A stretch of DNA of 64,000 nucleotides from Felis catus. Taxonomy: Eukaryota. Shown here piece after piece: positions 23,970 through 37,559 of the stretch. The notes beneath the pieces are model-generated. The model saw nothing but the letters and a program-made list of their open reading frames with translations. It was not told where the DNA came from and made no database searches. The position numbers and the translations under genes were made by a program. Each line of letters starts with the position of its first letter. Within the stretch, counting starts at the first letter, position 1. The stretch spans positions 103,914,001-103,978,000 of the forward strand of contig NC_058368.1 in NCBI RefSeq assembly GCF_018350175.1, given 5' to 3'.

Positions 23970-24500
23970 TAATGTTTATTTATTTCTGAGAGACAGAGCA
24001 CAAGCGGGGGAGAGGCAGAGAGAGAGGGAGACACAGAATCCAAAGAGGCTCCAGGCTCTGAGCTGTCAGTAAACAGCTAAACAAGGGACTCAAACCGTGA
24101 GATCATGACCTGAGCTGAAGTCGGTTGCTTAATCCACTGAGCCACCCAGGCACCCCTGGAAATACATTTTTAATTGCAATTTCTTTTGATGATGTTACAA
24201 AGAAATGTAACTAAATTTCTGAGTTTATCTTATATTCAACATTCTTGCTAAATCTTATTAATTTTAATAATCAATCTGTAAAATCTAAGACATTTTCTTT
24301 ATAGACAATAACATTATTTGAAATAATAAAAAAAAATTTGCTTTCACGATTCCATTCTTTACTCCTCCTAAATCTTTATTTTATCACACAAGCAATGAAC
24401 TCCATGATAATGTTGAGAGTGAGTAGTAATTCCAGACATTCTTGTTTTGTTTCCTATTTTAAATGGAATGCTTTTAACATTTCAGGTTTTATCAGTCCTT
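22700..24500 (-). mobile_element. Old, degraded L1 fragments, interrupted by - SINEs (about 22985-23237 and 23965-24156) and a (TG)n(TA)n microsatellite (23887-23964)
   Basis: T-rich antisense L1-like motifs ggaattgctgggtca, catttccctga, ttttagaatcagttt, ctccatttatttag, acattcttgttttgtttcc. Confidence 0.7.
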
Positions 24501-24561
24501 TTCTCTCAGGTTAAAAAAGGTCTACCCCCCCCAAAAAAAATTTTTTTTAATTAAACAAAAA

Positions 24562-24782
24562 GGGGGGACTTAGTCGGTTAAGCATCTGACTTCAGTTTAG
24601 GTCATGATCTCACGGTTCATGAGTTCAAGCCCCACGTCAGGCTCTGTGCTGACGGCTCGGAGCCTGGATCCTGCTTCAAATTCTGTGTCTTCCTCTCTCT
24701 CTGCCCCTCCCCACTCATACACTGTCTCTCTCTCAAAAAAATAAATAAATAAACACTAGAAAAAAAATTAAAAAAAAAAAAA
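24562..24782 (+). mobile_element. SINEC_Fc
   Basis: Body with (CT)n and A tail. Confidence 0.88.
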
Positions 24783-24954
24783 GGTCCCTTCCAATGTTCC
24801 AAGATGTCATTGAAACTATTGAATACTTTCCTGGCCTCCACTGAGATGATCCTTGTTCGAAAATCTTTAACATCATTTCCCCAAATATACAGAACATTGG
24901 GCAACCTTGAAAAACATGAATTACTCTAACCTCCTCTTTTTTTTCCTGAGAAAA

Positions 24955-26345
24955 GGTTATTTATTTATTTATTTATTGTCAATGAAGAATAACTGGCATA
25001 CAGTATTGTATTAGTTTCAGATATACAATGTAGTGCTATTTATATACATTATGAAATGCTCACCTTAATAAGTCTAGTTACCACCTGTCACCATACAAAG
25101 TTGTTACAAGGTGACTGACTCTATTCCCTGTGCTGTACCTTACATCCCCATGTATATCTTATTTATTTTGTAACTGGAAGTCTGTACCTCTTAATCCTTT
25201 TTACCTATTTCATCCATTCTCCCACTTCCCTCCCCTCTGGTAACTCTCAGTTTGTCCTCTGATCTCATAAGTCTGCTTTGTTTTCTTTGTTTTGTTTTTT
25301 AGAATGCACACATAAGCAAAATCATATGGTAAGTTGTCTTTCTCTGTCAGACTTAATTCACTTAGCGTAATACCCTCTAGCCTCTCCCTATTGCCACAAA
25401 TGGCAACATTTCAATTTTTAATGGCTAATACTCCACTGTGTGTGTGTATGTGCCCGTGCGCGATATCTTCTTTATCCATTCATCTATTGATGGACATTGA
25501 GGCTGCTTCCATATCTTGGCTACTGTAAATAATGCTGCAATGAAAAGAGACATGTGTACAGCTTTTCAAACAGTGTTTCTGCTTTCTTTGGATAAATATG
25601 TGGAAGTGAAATTGCTGGATCCTACGGTAGTTCCATTTTTAATTTTTTTGAGGAAACTCCATATCGTTTTCCATGGTGGCTGTAGCAGTTTACAATCCCA
25701 CCAACAGTGCATGAGAGTTCCCTTTTTTCTGCATCCTCAGTAACACTTGTTATTTCTTGTCTTTTCGATACTAGCCATTCTAACAGACATGAGGTGCTAT
25801 TTCATTGTGGTTTTGATGTACAATTCCCTGACGATCAGTGATGTTGAACATCTTTTCACGTGTCTGGCAGCCATCTGTACATATTCTTTGGAAAAATGTT
25901 TATTCAGGCCCTCTGCCCATTTTTTTAATGGGGTTGTGTGTTTTTCTGCTATTGAGTTATATGAGTTCTTTATGTATGTTGGATTTTAAACCCTTATCAG
26001 ATATATCATTTGTGAATACTTTCCATTCAATAGATTGCCTCCTCATTTTGTTGGTTTCCTTTGCTGTGTGAAATGCTTTTTAGTATGATATAATCCCATT
26101 TTTTTAAGTTTGCTTATTTTGAGAGAGAGAGAAAAAGCTGAGGAGGGGCACAGAAACAGAGAAATAGGGAGAGAGAAGCTCAAGCAGACTCCGCACTGTC
26201 AGCACAGAGCTCGACACGGGGTTCAAACTCATGAACCATCAGGTCACAAACTGAGCAGAAATCCAGAGTTGGACACTTGACCAACTGAGTCACCCGGGGG
26301 CGCCTATTTATTTTTCCTTTTGTTGTCTTTGCCTGAGAAGACAGA
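24955..26345 (-). mobile_element. L1 (L1MA/L1_Carn-like) 3' UTR and ORF2 end, interrupted by a - SINE at about 26100-26304
   Basis: Antisense L1 motifs tatcttctttatccattcatctattgatggaca, ttggctactgtaaataatgctgcaatgaa, tttacaatcccaccaacagtgcatgag, cccttatcagatatat. Confidence 0.9.
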
Positions 26346-27498
26346 TTAAAAACAAACAAACAAACAAGATCCAAAACGATGAGGCAGCACTAAGCTGGAC
26401 TGTGGGACCACAGTGGGACCAGCTGAGGCTGGCTCAGACTCTTTCTGGGTTCTGCTTTGGGGACTACTCCAGGTTGCAGTCAACAACAACCCTGTCAGGT
26501 CCAAGGTAGCCCTGGAGTCATATGCATCATGTCTCCACCTAGTGGCTCCAATGGTTCTGTTTCTATTCTGCCTACTGTCCCAGCTGCCACCAGTAAGTGG
26601 CAGAGGAAGTGTTTGCCCTTCTTCTCTCCCTTCCCACCAGTCTTGATTTTTCTTAGCGACGCCCACTCCTCCTGCTATTAGGGAAAGAACAAGAGCACCT
26701 TTTGGTACCTAAAGAAGAAGAACACTGTACATGGCATATTATGACCCATTGTCACCAGAGGAGCCCATTGTCTCAGCTCCTGCTTGCTGGAGTTGTAGAC
26801 ATAAAGGGTTATATTTAGAACCTGGAGGGAGTAGAGTTCTGGGAAATGGGCTTCCTTCTCCAGGAAGAGGGATGAGGAGATAACAGTCAAAGAAAGCAGG
26901 ACTGTGTTAAGGGGATACAGTAGTAGCAGTGTCCTAAGTGTGGAGTAAGTATTTCAGTGAATGGAGTATTCTTAGTGGGTAAGGTTCACAGGCAGGACCT
27001 GTGAACTCGTCTGAGCCTCAGAGGAGAGTGAAGGGCGGGTTGCCAGAAGGCAGAGAAATGATGGAATACATCAGGATGAATGGGGCTATAGAAGTTGGAG
27101 CAAGGAGGTAATAAAGGACACAGGAACAGTCCTCTCTGGGAGCAGGTTCAGAATTTTCCCTGCAGGAGAAAACAGAACTCCCCCCACAGCTACCCTAGCC
27201 AGGGGAGAAAGGACCTGCAGTCTCGTTTCCAAGCTTTGCCAGACACTTCCCCACAGTCTCCTCACACCAGGCACCCAATGTTCTCTCAAAACACACGTTC
27301 TATCCTGGCCTCAGGTGTTGGAACGTGCTGGAAACCCACGTGACTGCCTCAAAAATTCACACTCATCTTGCCTGATGCACTTCCGGAAGGGTCTAGGATA
27401 GCATCTGGGGAGACTTCCTGCTTCCACCCCTCAGGAGTAGCAGTCTTTCTTACTTGTTGGCGCCATATTGTATATTGGCCACATACCAGAATGGATGG

Positions 27499-28188
27499 TC
27501 AGGAGGGATGTATTTATTATAAAGCCAGTGAAGCTTAATCTTCACTCACTCACACAGGCCTCTCCCAAGGCCCTGGGAGTGTCTACAGCAAGCTCTGCAC
27601 CTAGTCCTACATTTCTGTAAACTTCTCAGACAATCTCTTAACTATAATTACGACTCTCTCTCTCTTCACTCCAATTTTCTCTCTGTCGCACTTGCCCTCC
27701 AGTTGGGTGGGCAAGGGCATTTTTGGCATTATGAGCTAAGGGGAAGTTGTTTGGACATACAGTGACTTTGGGATTAGTGGAATTGGTCTATGTGAGTTGC
27801 CTGTGTACATGAGTTGCTGTTCGCCAACCTGACTCTCCAGAACGTTCCACTACCCACTAAAGGCCAGAGATGGCATCATGATATGAATATGTCCTCCGGG
27901 TACCATTTATCAGCAGTATGAAGACAGTGGAAGGAAAACAAGGCTGGAAATGTACAGAACCAGAAGGTAGTCTCTGGCAAACTCTTCTAGTAATCACATG
28001 TATAAATTGTGATTGATTCTCATCAATGCCAATGACAAACACAAGTTCTCTCCTGTTAGGACTGTAACCTCCATAATGCAGCTGATATCATTATAAAAGT
28101 ACACCAAACTTTCTTTTTTCTTTTCTTGTGGTAATTGCATGACTTATGAGAATTTCTGTGTTTATGGGGCAAAAACCCAAGGTAATAC
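27499..28188 (+). mobile_element. Arthur1-like hAT-Tip100 DNA transposon fragment
   Basis: Colinear similarity to the recalled Arthur1 consensus: tgaagcttaa, ccaaggccctgggag, gctaaggggaagttg, aaacaaggctggaaatgtacagaaccagaag, aagttctctcctgttagga. Confidence 0.7.
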
Positions 28189-28224
28189 TAAAAAAAAAAA
28201 AAAAAAAGCTATTGTCTTCTTAAA

Positions 28225-28427
28225 GTTATTTTATTTTTTAATATTTATTTTTGAGAGACAGAGCATGAGCGGGGGAGGGGCAGAAAGAGGAGACACAGAA
28301 TCCGAAGCAGGCTCCAGGCTCTGAGCTGTCAGCACAGAGCCAGACACGGGGCTGGAACCCACGAACCGTGAGATCATGACCTGAGCCAAAGTCGGATGCT
28401 TAACTGATGGACCCACCCAGGCGCCCC
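28225..28427 (-). mobile_element. SINEC_Fc
   Basis: Antisense full body. Confidence 0.9.
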
Positions 28428-29685
28428 ATAGCAGACTTAAAAAAAAAATTAATCAGCTTCACTTACATGCCTTCATCTCTCTCTCCTTCTCCCCTCCTTG
28501 TCTAAGGTAATGCTGGGCAAGCATACCTGAGCTACAAGTTCTAAGAGTTGCCTCCATGGGTCACTTTGTGGAGTTACAGGAGGGCAAGTTGTCCAGCCCT
28601 GCTGAGAAGTACATGAAGGATGAATGAGTACCTGTCTAGAGCCAAGAGCAGTACTAATAACCTCTTCTATTTGCACAGTGGCTTTTACTCATGGGAGCTT
28701 TTTACAGATGTGACTTGACAAACCTTAGTGGCTTTTCACTATGATTGATGGATTACGGTCGTTACTGTCTACATTGCTTAGATATGAAAGCAAGGAACAG
28801 AAAAAGGAAAAAAGGTTTTCTGTTGTGGCTGCGTGGCAAAATTAAGCTAATGACATTAGTTCAGGTAGTGAATGCACAGCCAGATAGGTGGCCAAATGGC
28901 ATTATCCAAGTTCACCGATCAATTTGTTTGCCTGGCGTGACTTCAAATCATTTGGGCTATTTCAGAAAATCAAATCCATCATCAGGGGTCATTGAATTCA
29001 GTTTCTTCAGCCCACCCAGGGGGACTGTGATGACCTCAGAAGGGACACCGGTTTCAGAAGTAGGCATGCGACTCGCTTTGAAAGAACAAGGTTAAGGGAG
29101 CCACCCTGGGATTCTCAGTTCTATACGGACCCATGATGTGGTTCTGTTGGTTCCCGTTAAATTCATTTGTAAAAAGACAAAGGTATGGGTCCTAGGTACT
29201 TTTCGGGAGTGGTGAAAGAACAAGTGTCATGGGTAATTTCATTTAACCAACAGTTCTGGAACACTGTTTCTGTAATCGCTGTAAGGGGACACGCTATACG
29301 GAGCCCTGTCTGGTGCGCATCTGGTTTCATCACTCACTGGCAGAGTAAACTCTCTGTGCCTCGCTTTCCTCAATGGTAAAAGGGAGACAATGGTAGGACT
29401 GTGGGGAATATGAAACAAGGTAACACATAAAGTGCCTGGCACACACCAAATGTTCTAACGCTAGCCGTGGTTATTGTAAGGCAGTAGGGATGATCCATAG
29501 AGAGATAATGGTATATTTAGTCACCACCAAGCACTCTTAGAGGCTGGAAGTACATTCTTTGCTCCCTATCCCTAGCATCTGGCACGTAGGAGAAACTATA
29601 ATGAGAAAGGAGCCTTGTGAAGTAAATTGATGGCTAAAGACCCAGCTCCCACTTCCAGAGGCTCCAAATTCTGTTGGTGATGGGC

Positions 29686-29718
29686 GCACGCGCACACACA
29701 CACACACACACACACACA
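29686..29718. repeat. (CA)n microsatellite
   Basis: Directly visible. Confidence 0.9.
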
Positions 29719-30835
29719 GGCTCCTGTACAAAGCAGGCAATGTGCATGCACTGTGAAGATTACATTATTACCCTAACTCTCTAATCTATAATCTCACACA
29801 GCATGTTGATGGCTTATCCCCATGTTGCAAAACTTACATCTAGAAATGACTGCACATTTCAAATGCTAAGTGCCACAGAATAAACCTTACCTGGTGTAAA
29901 AAATACTAATAGCTGTCAGGACTACCCTGGAGAAAAAGAAGGCTGTTTTATTATTGCCAACAAACCCATAGGGGCAGAACAATATGCCATGAATAAACCT
30001 GACTCCAAATGTGCTCCTGTGAAAAGGAAAGAAACCCAGAAGCAGGAATGGTGAGGTCAGTCAGCTGTGTGCCTTTATCCCACACACTTGTCCTCTGGAC
30101 ACTGGGAAATTCGTGTGTGACCTGGCCGCATTCCCTGGTCCCACCTCCAGCTCCAGGAAGCCCCCACTCCAGCCACGGACACTAGTTCTGTCTTGGCACC
30201 TTCTGACCCGCCCACAACACTCTGGCAGGGTAAGTTCTGTGCCATCCCTCAAACCTGGACCTTCAGAAAGCCTCCCCCGGCAGCCGACTCCGTGGTACAT
30301 TCTATCCTTTGCTGTCCTTCCACGGCAGCGTTTACCACACACTGAACGGCTCCTGTTACCTTTGTCTCTCTTCCTCATCCTGCTGCCTTGTTTCTAACCA
30401 ACCATTCAGCACAGTTCCTGGCACGAAACAGACAACGATCAGTGTCGCAGGGCTGAATAAATGGTGGTGGGTGTTACAACAATAAACCGCTCCCCTGAGT
30501 GTACAAGCAAGGCTGGTCCTTGCTGGGGTGCTGCTGACCTAGCCCCGGGAAGGCCAAAGGCTCAGCAGAACACTCAGGGCACACAAGTCAGCCATCGGCT
30601 CAGTGTGGAAGAGTAGCTAGTGGCCAAGCCAAATGATGCATCAGACCTCTGACTCATAGTCCTGGACCCTTTCAGTGTTCCACAGTCATTTATTATTAGA
30701 TCTGAACTGGCATTCGCCTCAGCTGTGGCCCCAAATGTTTCATCCCTGCAACTGGGAAAAGAGAAGGAAAAAATTACAAGGAGCAATAGAATGGCTGAGG
30801 TTTCTGTCTGCATAAATTTAAGCGCAAACTTAATT

Positions 30836-30866
30836 ATTTTTATGTTTTTAATGTTTATTTATTTGT

Positions 30867-30897
<31 letters not shown>

Positions 30898-31050
30898 CGA
30901 GTGGGAGAGGGGCGGAGAGAGAGGGGGACACAGAATCCGAAGCAGGCTCCAGGCTCTTGAGCTGTCCGCACAGAGCCCAACGCACGGCTCGAACTCAAGA
31001 ACTGAGACACCATGACCTGAGCCAAAGCTGGATGCCACCCAGGTGCCCCA
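30836..31050 (-). mobile_element. SINEC_Fc
   Basis: Antisense body. TSD ag(c/t)gcaaacttaatt. Confidence 0.9.
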
Positions 31051-31494
31051 GTGCAAACTTAATTTTAACTTACTTTCATGTTGAATTAAGTTTAAAAATA
31101 AACCTAATTATTATAAAATTGAATTAAATTAGATATGAGAGAAAAAAGAATTTAATAAGGCATTCATTTTTAATTTAATGAATAATCCCTCACACCCGCC
31201 ACATGCTTTCATACCTTCCTGCCTCTGCACTTGTTTGCTCTCTGCCCGGAATGACATTTCCCTCCAACAGTATTAAATCAGCAAATGTTTATTGTGTAAT
31301 AAGGTACCAGCAATCCAATGGTGAATACAACAGGGGTGGTCCATGTTCCAACATTGCTTTCATGAGAAGACACACATAAATAGGATTTTGAGCATCGTGT
31401 ATAGGAGAGTACAGGGCACAGGTAAATGGAGCAAAGGGACTGAACCTAGCCTCCGGGTCACAAAGCAGCACCTGGGGATACGCAGTTTGCAACA

Positions 31495-31660
31495 TAAAAA
31501 AGAAACGGCAACTGTGGGTCATGATAAAGGTGTTAGCTAACCCTACTGTAGTAATCATAATGCAATATACAAATGCATCAGAGCACCGGATTGCACAGGT
31601 CCAACTTTCACAATGTTATGTGTCAATTATAGCTCAATAAAAATAATAACTAAAAAAAAG
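31495..31660 (+). mobile_element. 5'-truncated L1 3' end
   Basis: ggtgttagctaacc..gcaatatacaaatgcatca..acaatgttatgtgtcaattatagctcaataaa plus A-rich tail. Confidence 0.75.
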
Positions 31661-31877
31661 AAATTAAATATGAGAGCTGAATGTGGGGCAAGGAGACAAC
31701 ACAGAAAACAGCTAGAACCCAACACTGAAGAAATAGCATTTGCTATTCTCTGTGCAACAGAAGAATGCATTTCAAATTGCTCAAAGAACCCTGAACCTCT
31801 GGAGCAAAGAGATGGAGAGGGGAAGTCAGAGAAAATGAGGCAGAGCTCAGACACACCTTCCTCAAAGAGTAAAAATG

Positions 31878-32128
31878 AGGGACACGCAGGTGGCTCAGTC
31901 GGTTAAGTGCCTGATTCTTAATTTCGGCTCAGGTCATGATCTCGTGGTTCATGGGATCGAGCCCCGCATCAGGTTAAGTGCTGGCAGGGTGGAGCCTGCC
32001 TCGGATTTAGGGCTCCCCCCCTCTGTCTCTCTCTCTGTCTCTCTTTCTCTCTGCCCCTCCCCTGCATGTGCGCTCTCTCATGCCCTCTCTCTCAAGATAA
32101 ATAAACAAATTTTTTAAGTTAAAAAAAA
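31878..32128 (+). mobile_element. SINEC
   Basis: Full body. TSD aaagagta(a/t)aaatga. Confidence 0.9.
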
Positions 32129-32484
32129 AAGAGTATAAATGAAACTCAAAGGCTTAATTTGGTCCCAATATCCAAACAAAATAAAACACCTGAGAGAAAT
32201 AATAACATCCCTATTTCTCTTCCTGTCGGAGATAGTATCCAGTTGATGTAGACTTTGAGTTAGCAGTGACTCTTTCAACATGCCACATTTGGGGAACAGA
32301 AGACATTCATTTCTCCTTTGTGGCTGTGTATCACATCACCACACAGGCTCTGCCCACTGGCCTTTGCCTGACTCCATGCTACCCAACACGCAAAAGCCAA
32401 TGCAATTCCAGATCACTCACTTACCGGAACATGAAATCGACAAGGAGGCTCACTCCAAACTGAGGAAGAACGGCCAACACAGGC

Positions 32485-33000
32485 TCTATGAGTTACCGAC
32501 TGCTTCACAGCACGTTACACCAAAACGTTACCCCTTAAAAACATAAGCATTTATTATCTTACGCAGTCTCTGTGGGTTTTGCATCTGGAAGGGAAAAGCT
32601 GGGTAGTGCTAGCTTAGGGTCTCCCATGAGTTGCAATCAGCCATCAACCAAGGCTGCAGTCATCCAAAGGCTGGATTGGGGCTGCGGGGCGTGTTTGCAA
32701 GCGACTCGCTTGGTTAGTACTGGTGTCTGTAGGAGGCTTTCAGTTCCTCTCCAAGTGGATAGAGGGCTGTTTACAACATGGCAGCTGGCTTCCTCCAGAG
32801 CAGGTGATTCATGAAAACAGAGGAGTGTGAAAGACACGACGTCTTTTATGACCCAGTTTCTGAAATACACCACCATTTTTGCAATATCCTGTTGATTAAA
32901 CGGGTCAGCCCTGTGGATTCAGTATGCAAGGGGACAATACAGGGTGATGGTACCAAGAGAGGGGGATCATCTGGGGCCATCTTAGAGGATGGTCACCACA
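32485..33000 (-). mobile_element. MLT1-type (MaLR) solo LTR
   Basis: catttattatct..ggctgcagtcatc..catggcagctggcttcctccagagc..ggggccatcttagaggatggtcaccaca terminus. Confidence 0.8.
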
Positions 33001-33858
33001 AGAGGTATTGGATGTCACCAAAGCTGCCACATGTTTCTAATCTGAAGGCAGTGAGAGCAGCCTTAGAATTGTGCAGGCCTGTATTTGATCACGATGCTGG
33101 TATTTGCCATTTCACCTTAATCCAGCGATCTGAACTTTCTAAACCTCAGCTTTCTCATTTGTGAGACGGAAAATATAACACCTACCTCTGAGGACTATTA
33201 TGAGCATTAAGTATGGATAATATATTGTTGCTGGCAAGTAAGAGCACTCAAGAATCGCTAACTATTATAGTAACAAAGTAGGCGAAATGTTACTATGGCA
33301 ACACAGTTGGAAGTCATTATCCACACAACCCTGTGTCAAACTCTAAGGGTTTTTTTTGATTTGTTTCTTTGTCCCGATCCATTCTTTTGTAACTTATAAA
33401 CGCCTTAAAGCTAAACACAGGGTGGGGGCAGTACATAATGCTAAAAAATAAGTATTTCTATTAATATATTTGGAAAGACGTGGACACCATGAAAACTTTA
33501 ACATCTAAACCTGAAGAACCCAGCAGCTGTCAGGCTAGTGCATTTTTCCCATGTGGCCCAAGTCCCCTATTATGATGACCTTAAAGGAACATGGAAATAA
33601 GGTAAGCAGGGGGGAAAGTATGGAGCTCGGTTGTTTTTTCAAAATCACAATTGTTCTGAAGGGGAAAATGTGATTATCTCTAGGAAAACAACCCAAGTTC
33701 AAGTGGTCAAGAAATATGTTCTTCACTCAGAAATTTGAGAGTTTGTGTTCTGGCTTTGTTGCAAACTTTTCCAACCTTAGCTTCTTCACCAGTAAAATAC
33801 GAGTAAAGACACTGAGAAGAAGCTTCTTCATAGTTGTACTTAGAATATTACCTCTCTA

Positions 33859-34080
33859 GGGGCGCCTGGGTGGGCTCAGTCAGTTGAGCGTCCGGCTTCG
33901 GCTCAGGTCATGATCTCGGGGCTTGTGAGTTCGAGCCCCAGGTTGGGCTCTGTGCTGACAGCTCAGAGCCTGGAACCTGTTTCAGATTCTGGGTCTCCCT
34001 CTCTCTCTGACCCTCCCCCCTTCATGCTCTGTCTCTCTCTGTCTCAAAAATAAATAAAATGTTAAAAAAAAAATTTTTAA
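33859..34080 (+). mobile_element. SINEC_Fc
   Basis: Full body. TSD agaatatta(c/t)ctctcta. Confidence 0.93.
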
Positions 34081-34447
34081 AGAATATTATCTCTCTAAAT
34101 TCATACACCAAGAGTTTAAGTGGAAAGAGCCCAGGCCTGGCCCTGATAGGCCTCTGTGACCTGGAACAAATCAAAGACCCTCTCTTTTTCCTCATCTCAC
34201 AAAATGGAGAAATCTACCATAGAGAGGATTTTTCCGGACAATGGAGAAATTAAAGGGAGGGGGGGAGAAAAGAAATGAGGTGAAATATATACATACCTGT
34301 ATTTTTTAAATTATAAGCTCCTTTTGGGGGAAAAAAGTGCATAATTCTTTTCAGGGATTACTTTAGTCTTATGGTATTCAACATTTATTTTATTTAAAAT
34401 AGAAAAATAAAAAATAAATGAATAAAATTTATTTTAGTGGCTATCTG

Positions 34448-34621
34448 ATGTGGTAGATTTACCACAAAGCTGATGAAGCTGAAATTTCAGGGCTGATCAC
34501 CTGAACGAACCCCTTCTAATTCAATATTCTTTGTCTGCAACTAATTTTGGATTTTTTTTTTCTGAAAGAAGTCCCCCATATTGTCTAAGCTGCAGGTCCT
34601 ACAAAACTGAATCTGCCCCAG
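34448..34621. mobile_element. Arthur1A/MER69A-like short hAT element
   Basis: gatttaccacaaagctgatgaagctgaaatttcagggc ... taagctgcaggtcctacaaaactgaatctgccc. Confidence 0.65.
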
Positions 34622-36693
34622 TTGCTGCTGTTAACACACATTTTTCAACCAAGACAATTTTCTAACATTATCACAGTATCTCTTATCAATAAAAGAGATA
34701 CTGTCCACTAACAACTTAACAAATCGATACAAGAAAGGGTTTTTCCAAAATGACTGATTCCTGGAAAATATGGAAATAAAATTTATCCCCTACAGATGTA
34801 TATTATATGACATTCATATTGTCATTTATACCAGATGATCATATTACATAAATTATATAATCCATGAGTCACATACACTGGAGTATATAACATATATTGA
34901 ATGTAGAATTTAATTTTAGTCTAAAACATAAACATGGTAATATCTTGATTTTCCTTCCTAAGAGAGAGAAAAAAATATTATTGAATCTTTTATTTATCTA
35001 CATTAGTACATCCCACATTTTGGGGGGTTTCAAGAAATAGAGATTCCAGAAATTCGCCAAGTTGCCCTACCGATAATAATTCCTCTTTGAGCTGAGAGAG
35101 AAGTAGCCTCGAACGGTAGTTAAGAACAGCAGGTGCTGAGCAAGACTGAGCGGGGTCCCATCTCAATGAAGAGATTGGCAAGTCTACACTTCAGGGTCTG
35201 CTCCTGTTACACAGGGGGAGTGACAGGTGCTATCTCACAAGGTGCTCGTGGGGAGTGAATGAGTGACCACGCTTGTGAAGTGCTGAGAAACCTACCTAGC
35301 GAATGCAAGCTCTGCCCCAGTGCAGTTTACAACACCTGAGACTACTTTTTACCCTAGACTGTCACCTCACAAACTGTTTTATCAACCTGGGTGATTAATG
35401 ACTGAAATTTTCTCATTTTACCCCAATGTCACTCTCCCACTAATGACAACATCTTGCCTCTAGATCACATATTGAATTGACATATTTATACTGGAAAAGA
35501 CTATGTTATTCATCTTTATATCATATTGTTAGCCCTGTGTCCTTAGTAAGGACAGAAGTAATCCCTAACAGTTTCTTTCGATTGCAAGTTAGTCGAGAAA
35601 TAGCTAAAATAGACAACCTCATTTAAATTAAATACGGCTTCATTTAAATGCTTCGCAGTATAGATTGTGTTTTTATTTCAAAAAGGTTCTTAATATTTGC
35701 TAAACTGTCCAGATTAGGAAATACAGTCATGCCATTACTGACCAAGAGTTTAACTTCTGATGATGAATAAACTGGCAAAATTTTAGGTTGAAATGTTTAA
35801 CAAAAGTTTTTTAAAAAGAAAGAAGGAAGGAAGGAAAGAAGGAAGAGAAAAAGAAAGAGAAAGAAAGAAAGAGAGAGAGAGAAAGAGAAAAAGAAAGGCT
35901 CTTTCTGTTAAGTATTAATAAGTTTATCTCTATTGGAAGGTGCCTGTGTGTCAGACTGCAGGAGCACTGAACTAAAGAGATGATTTGACTTTGAACTTTC
36001 AACAATATCTGGGTTTACAGTAATAAAACAAAGTGTGCTCTAATGTAGCCCTAAAGCACTCTGTACCTGTGAACACCAAATGATTGGATCATTAATATCG
36101 AAGTTCTGAGGTAATGCTATAAAGCACAGTAAATATTTAACGGAAATATCAAACCACTTTTCTTAAAGTCCTTCTATCTGAGTGGCAGGGAAGGAGTTTT
36201 GTTAATTTCCTTGTAATTCTATACATGGCCCTTAATTCATGAGAAATAAAAAGGAGTACACATTGTGATGAAACATCCAGTCACTGCAGATGCCAATTTT
36301 CTGCCCCTTCTTTTGATATCGAAAAGCAAAAGCATTGTTTATTCTTGAATTCAAAAGAAATAAAATCTTCCTACTATAGACCTATCAGATTTTTCCATGG
36401 TTCCAGAGGCTATATAACCATAAGCAAACCTAGTTTTATGTAACTTTTGTAGCCTTTCAAATATACATGGTTAAGAGCACAGTGATGACCATTGGGAAAT
36501 TCTTGATATGGGCCAGCCGTGGTTCTAAAATCTTGTAATAAAAAGGACAACAACCTAACATTTATTATATGTCTCCTGTGTGCTAGGTACACTACTAAGC
36601 CATTTTCACAAATTAGCTAATTCAAACTTCCCAATAACCTTATGAAACAGGAACTATTATTACCCCAGTTTCCAGATAGAAAAGAGGATTAAA

Positions 36694-37234
36694 GGGGCGC
36701 CTGGGTAGCTCAGTTGGTTGAGCATCCAACTTCGGCTCAGGTCATTATCTCACAGCTCATGAGTTCGATCCCAACATCAGGCTCTGTGCTGACAGCTCGG
36801 AGCCTGGAGCCTGCCTCAGATTCTGTGCCTCCCTCTCTCTGCCCAACCCACTCGCATTCTGTCTCTGTCTCTGTCTCTCTCAAAATAAATAATAATAATA
36901 AAAACATTAAAAAAAAAAGAAACCAGGATTTTAAAAAACGAAGTACTTAATTCCCATGATAAAAGCATTGACTCAATTTTTTTTTAATTTTTTTAATGTT
37001 TACTTATTTTTGAGAGAGAGACAGAGGGTGAGTGGGAGAGGGGCAGAGAGAGAAGGAGACACGGAATCCGAAGTAGGCTGCAGTCTCCAAACTGTCAGCG
37101 CAAAGCCCAACGCGGGGCTCGAACTCGCGGACAGTGATATCATGACCTGAGCCAAAGTCAGACACTCAACCAAGTGAGCCACCCAGGTGCCCCTTAACTC
37201 AATTTGTTTTTAATTTTTTCAATGTTTCTTTACT

Positions 37235-37270
<36 letters not shown>

Positions 37271-37436
37271 GGTGAATGGGGGAGGGGCAGAGAGAGAGGG
37301 AGACATAGAATCCGAAGCAGGCTCCAGGCTCTGAGCTGTCAGCACAGAGCCTAATACAGGGCTCGAACCCCAAAGTGTGAGATCATGAACTGAGCTGAAG
37401 TTAGACACTTAACCAACTGAGCTACCCAGGCACCCC
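36694..37436. mobile_element. SINE cluster: + 36694-36920, - 36975-37193, - 37203-37436
   Basis: Three recognisable bodies. tt(g/a)actcaat is repeated at the junctions. Confidence 0.9.
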
Positions 37437-37559
37437 TAGACTTGACTCAATCTTAAGACTCTAAATCCCATGTTATTTCTACTCCACTGGACGCTAGCTC
37501 TTGTAACTGTTAATCTCTTTTCATCTTGGAATAACAGAATTGGGCTAACGGATGTAGAA

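Noticed and set aside
25334..26071. Cluster of + strand ORFs
   Set aside because: Antisense readings of a decayed L1.
26529..26598. Fourth alternative first exon ending at CCA|GTAAGT (26593)
   Set aside because: The two nearest upstream ATGs give phase 1 or phase 0, not phase 2, and I see no promoter features or recognisable peptide.
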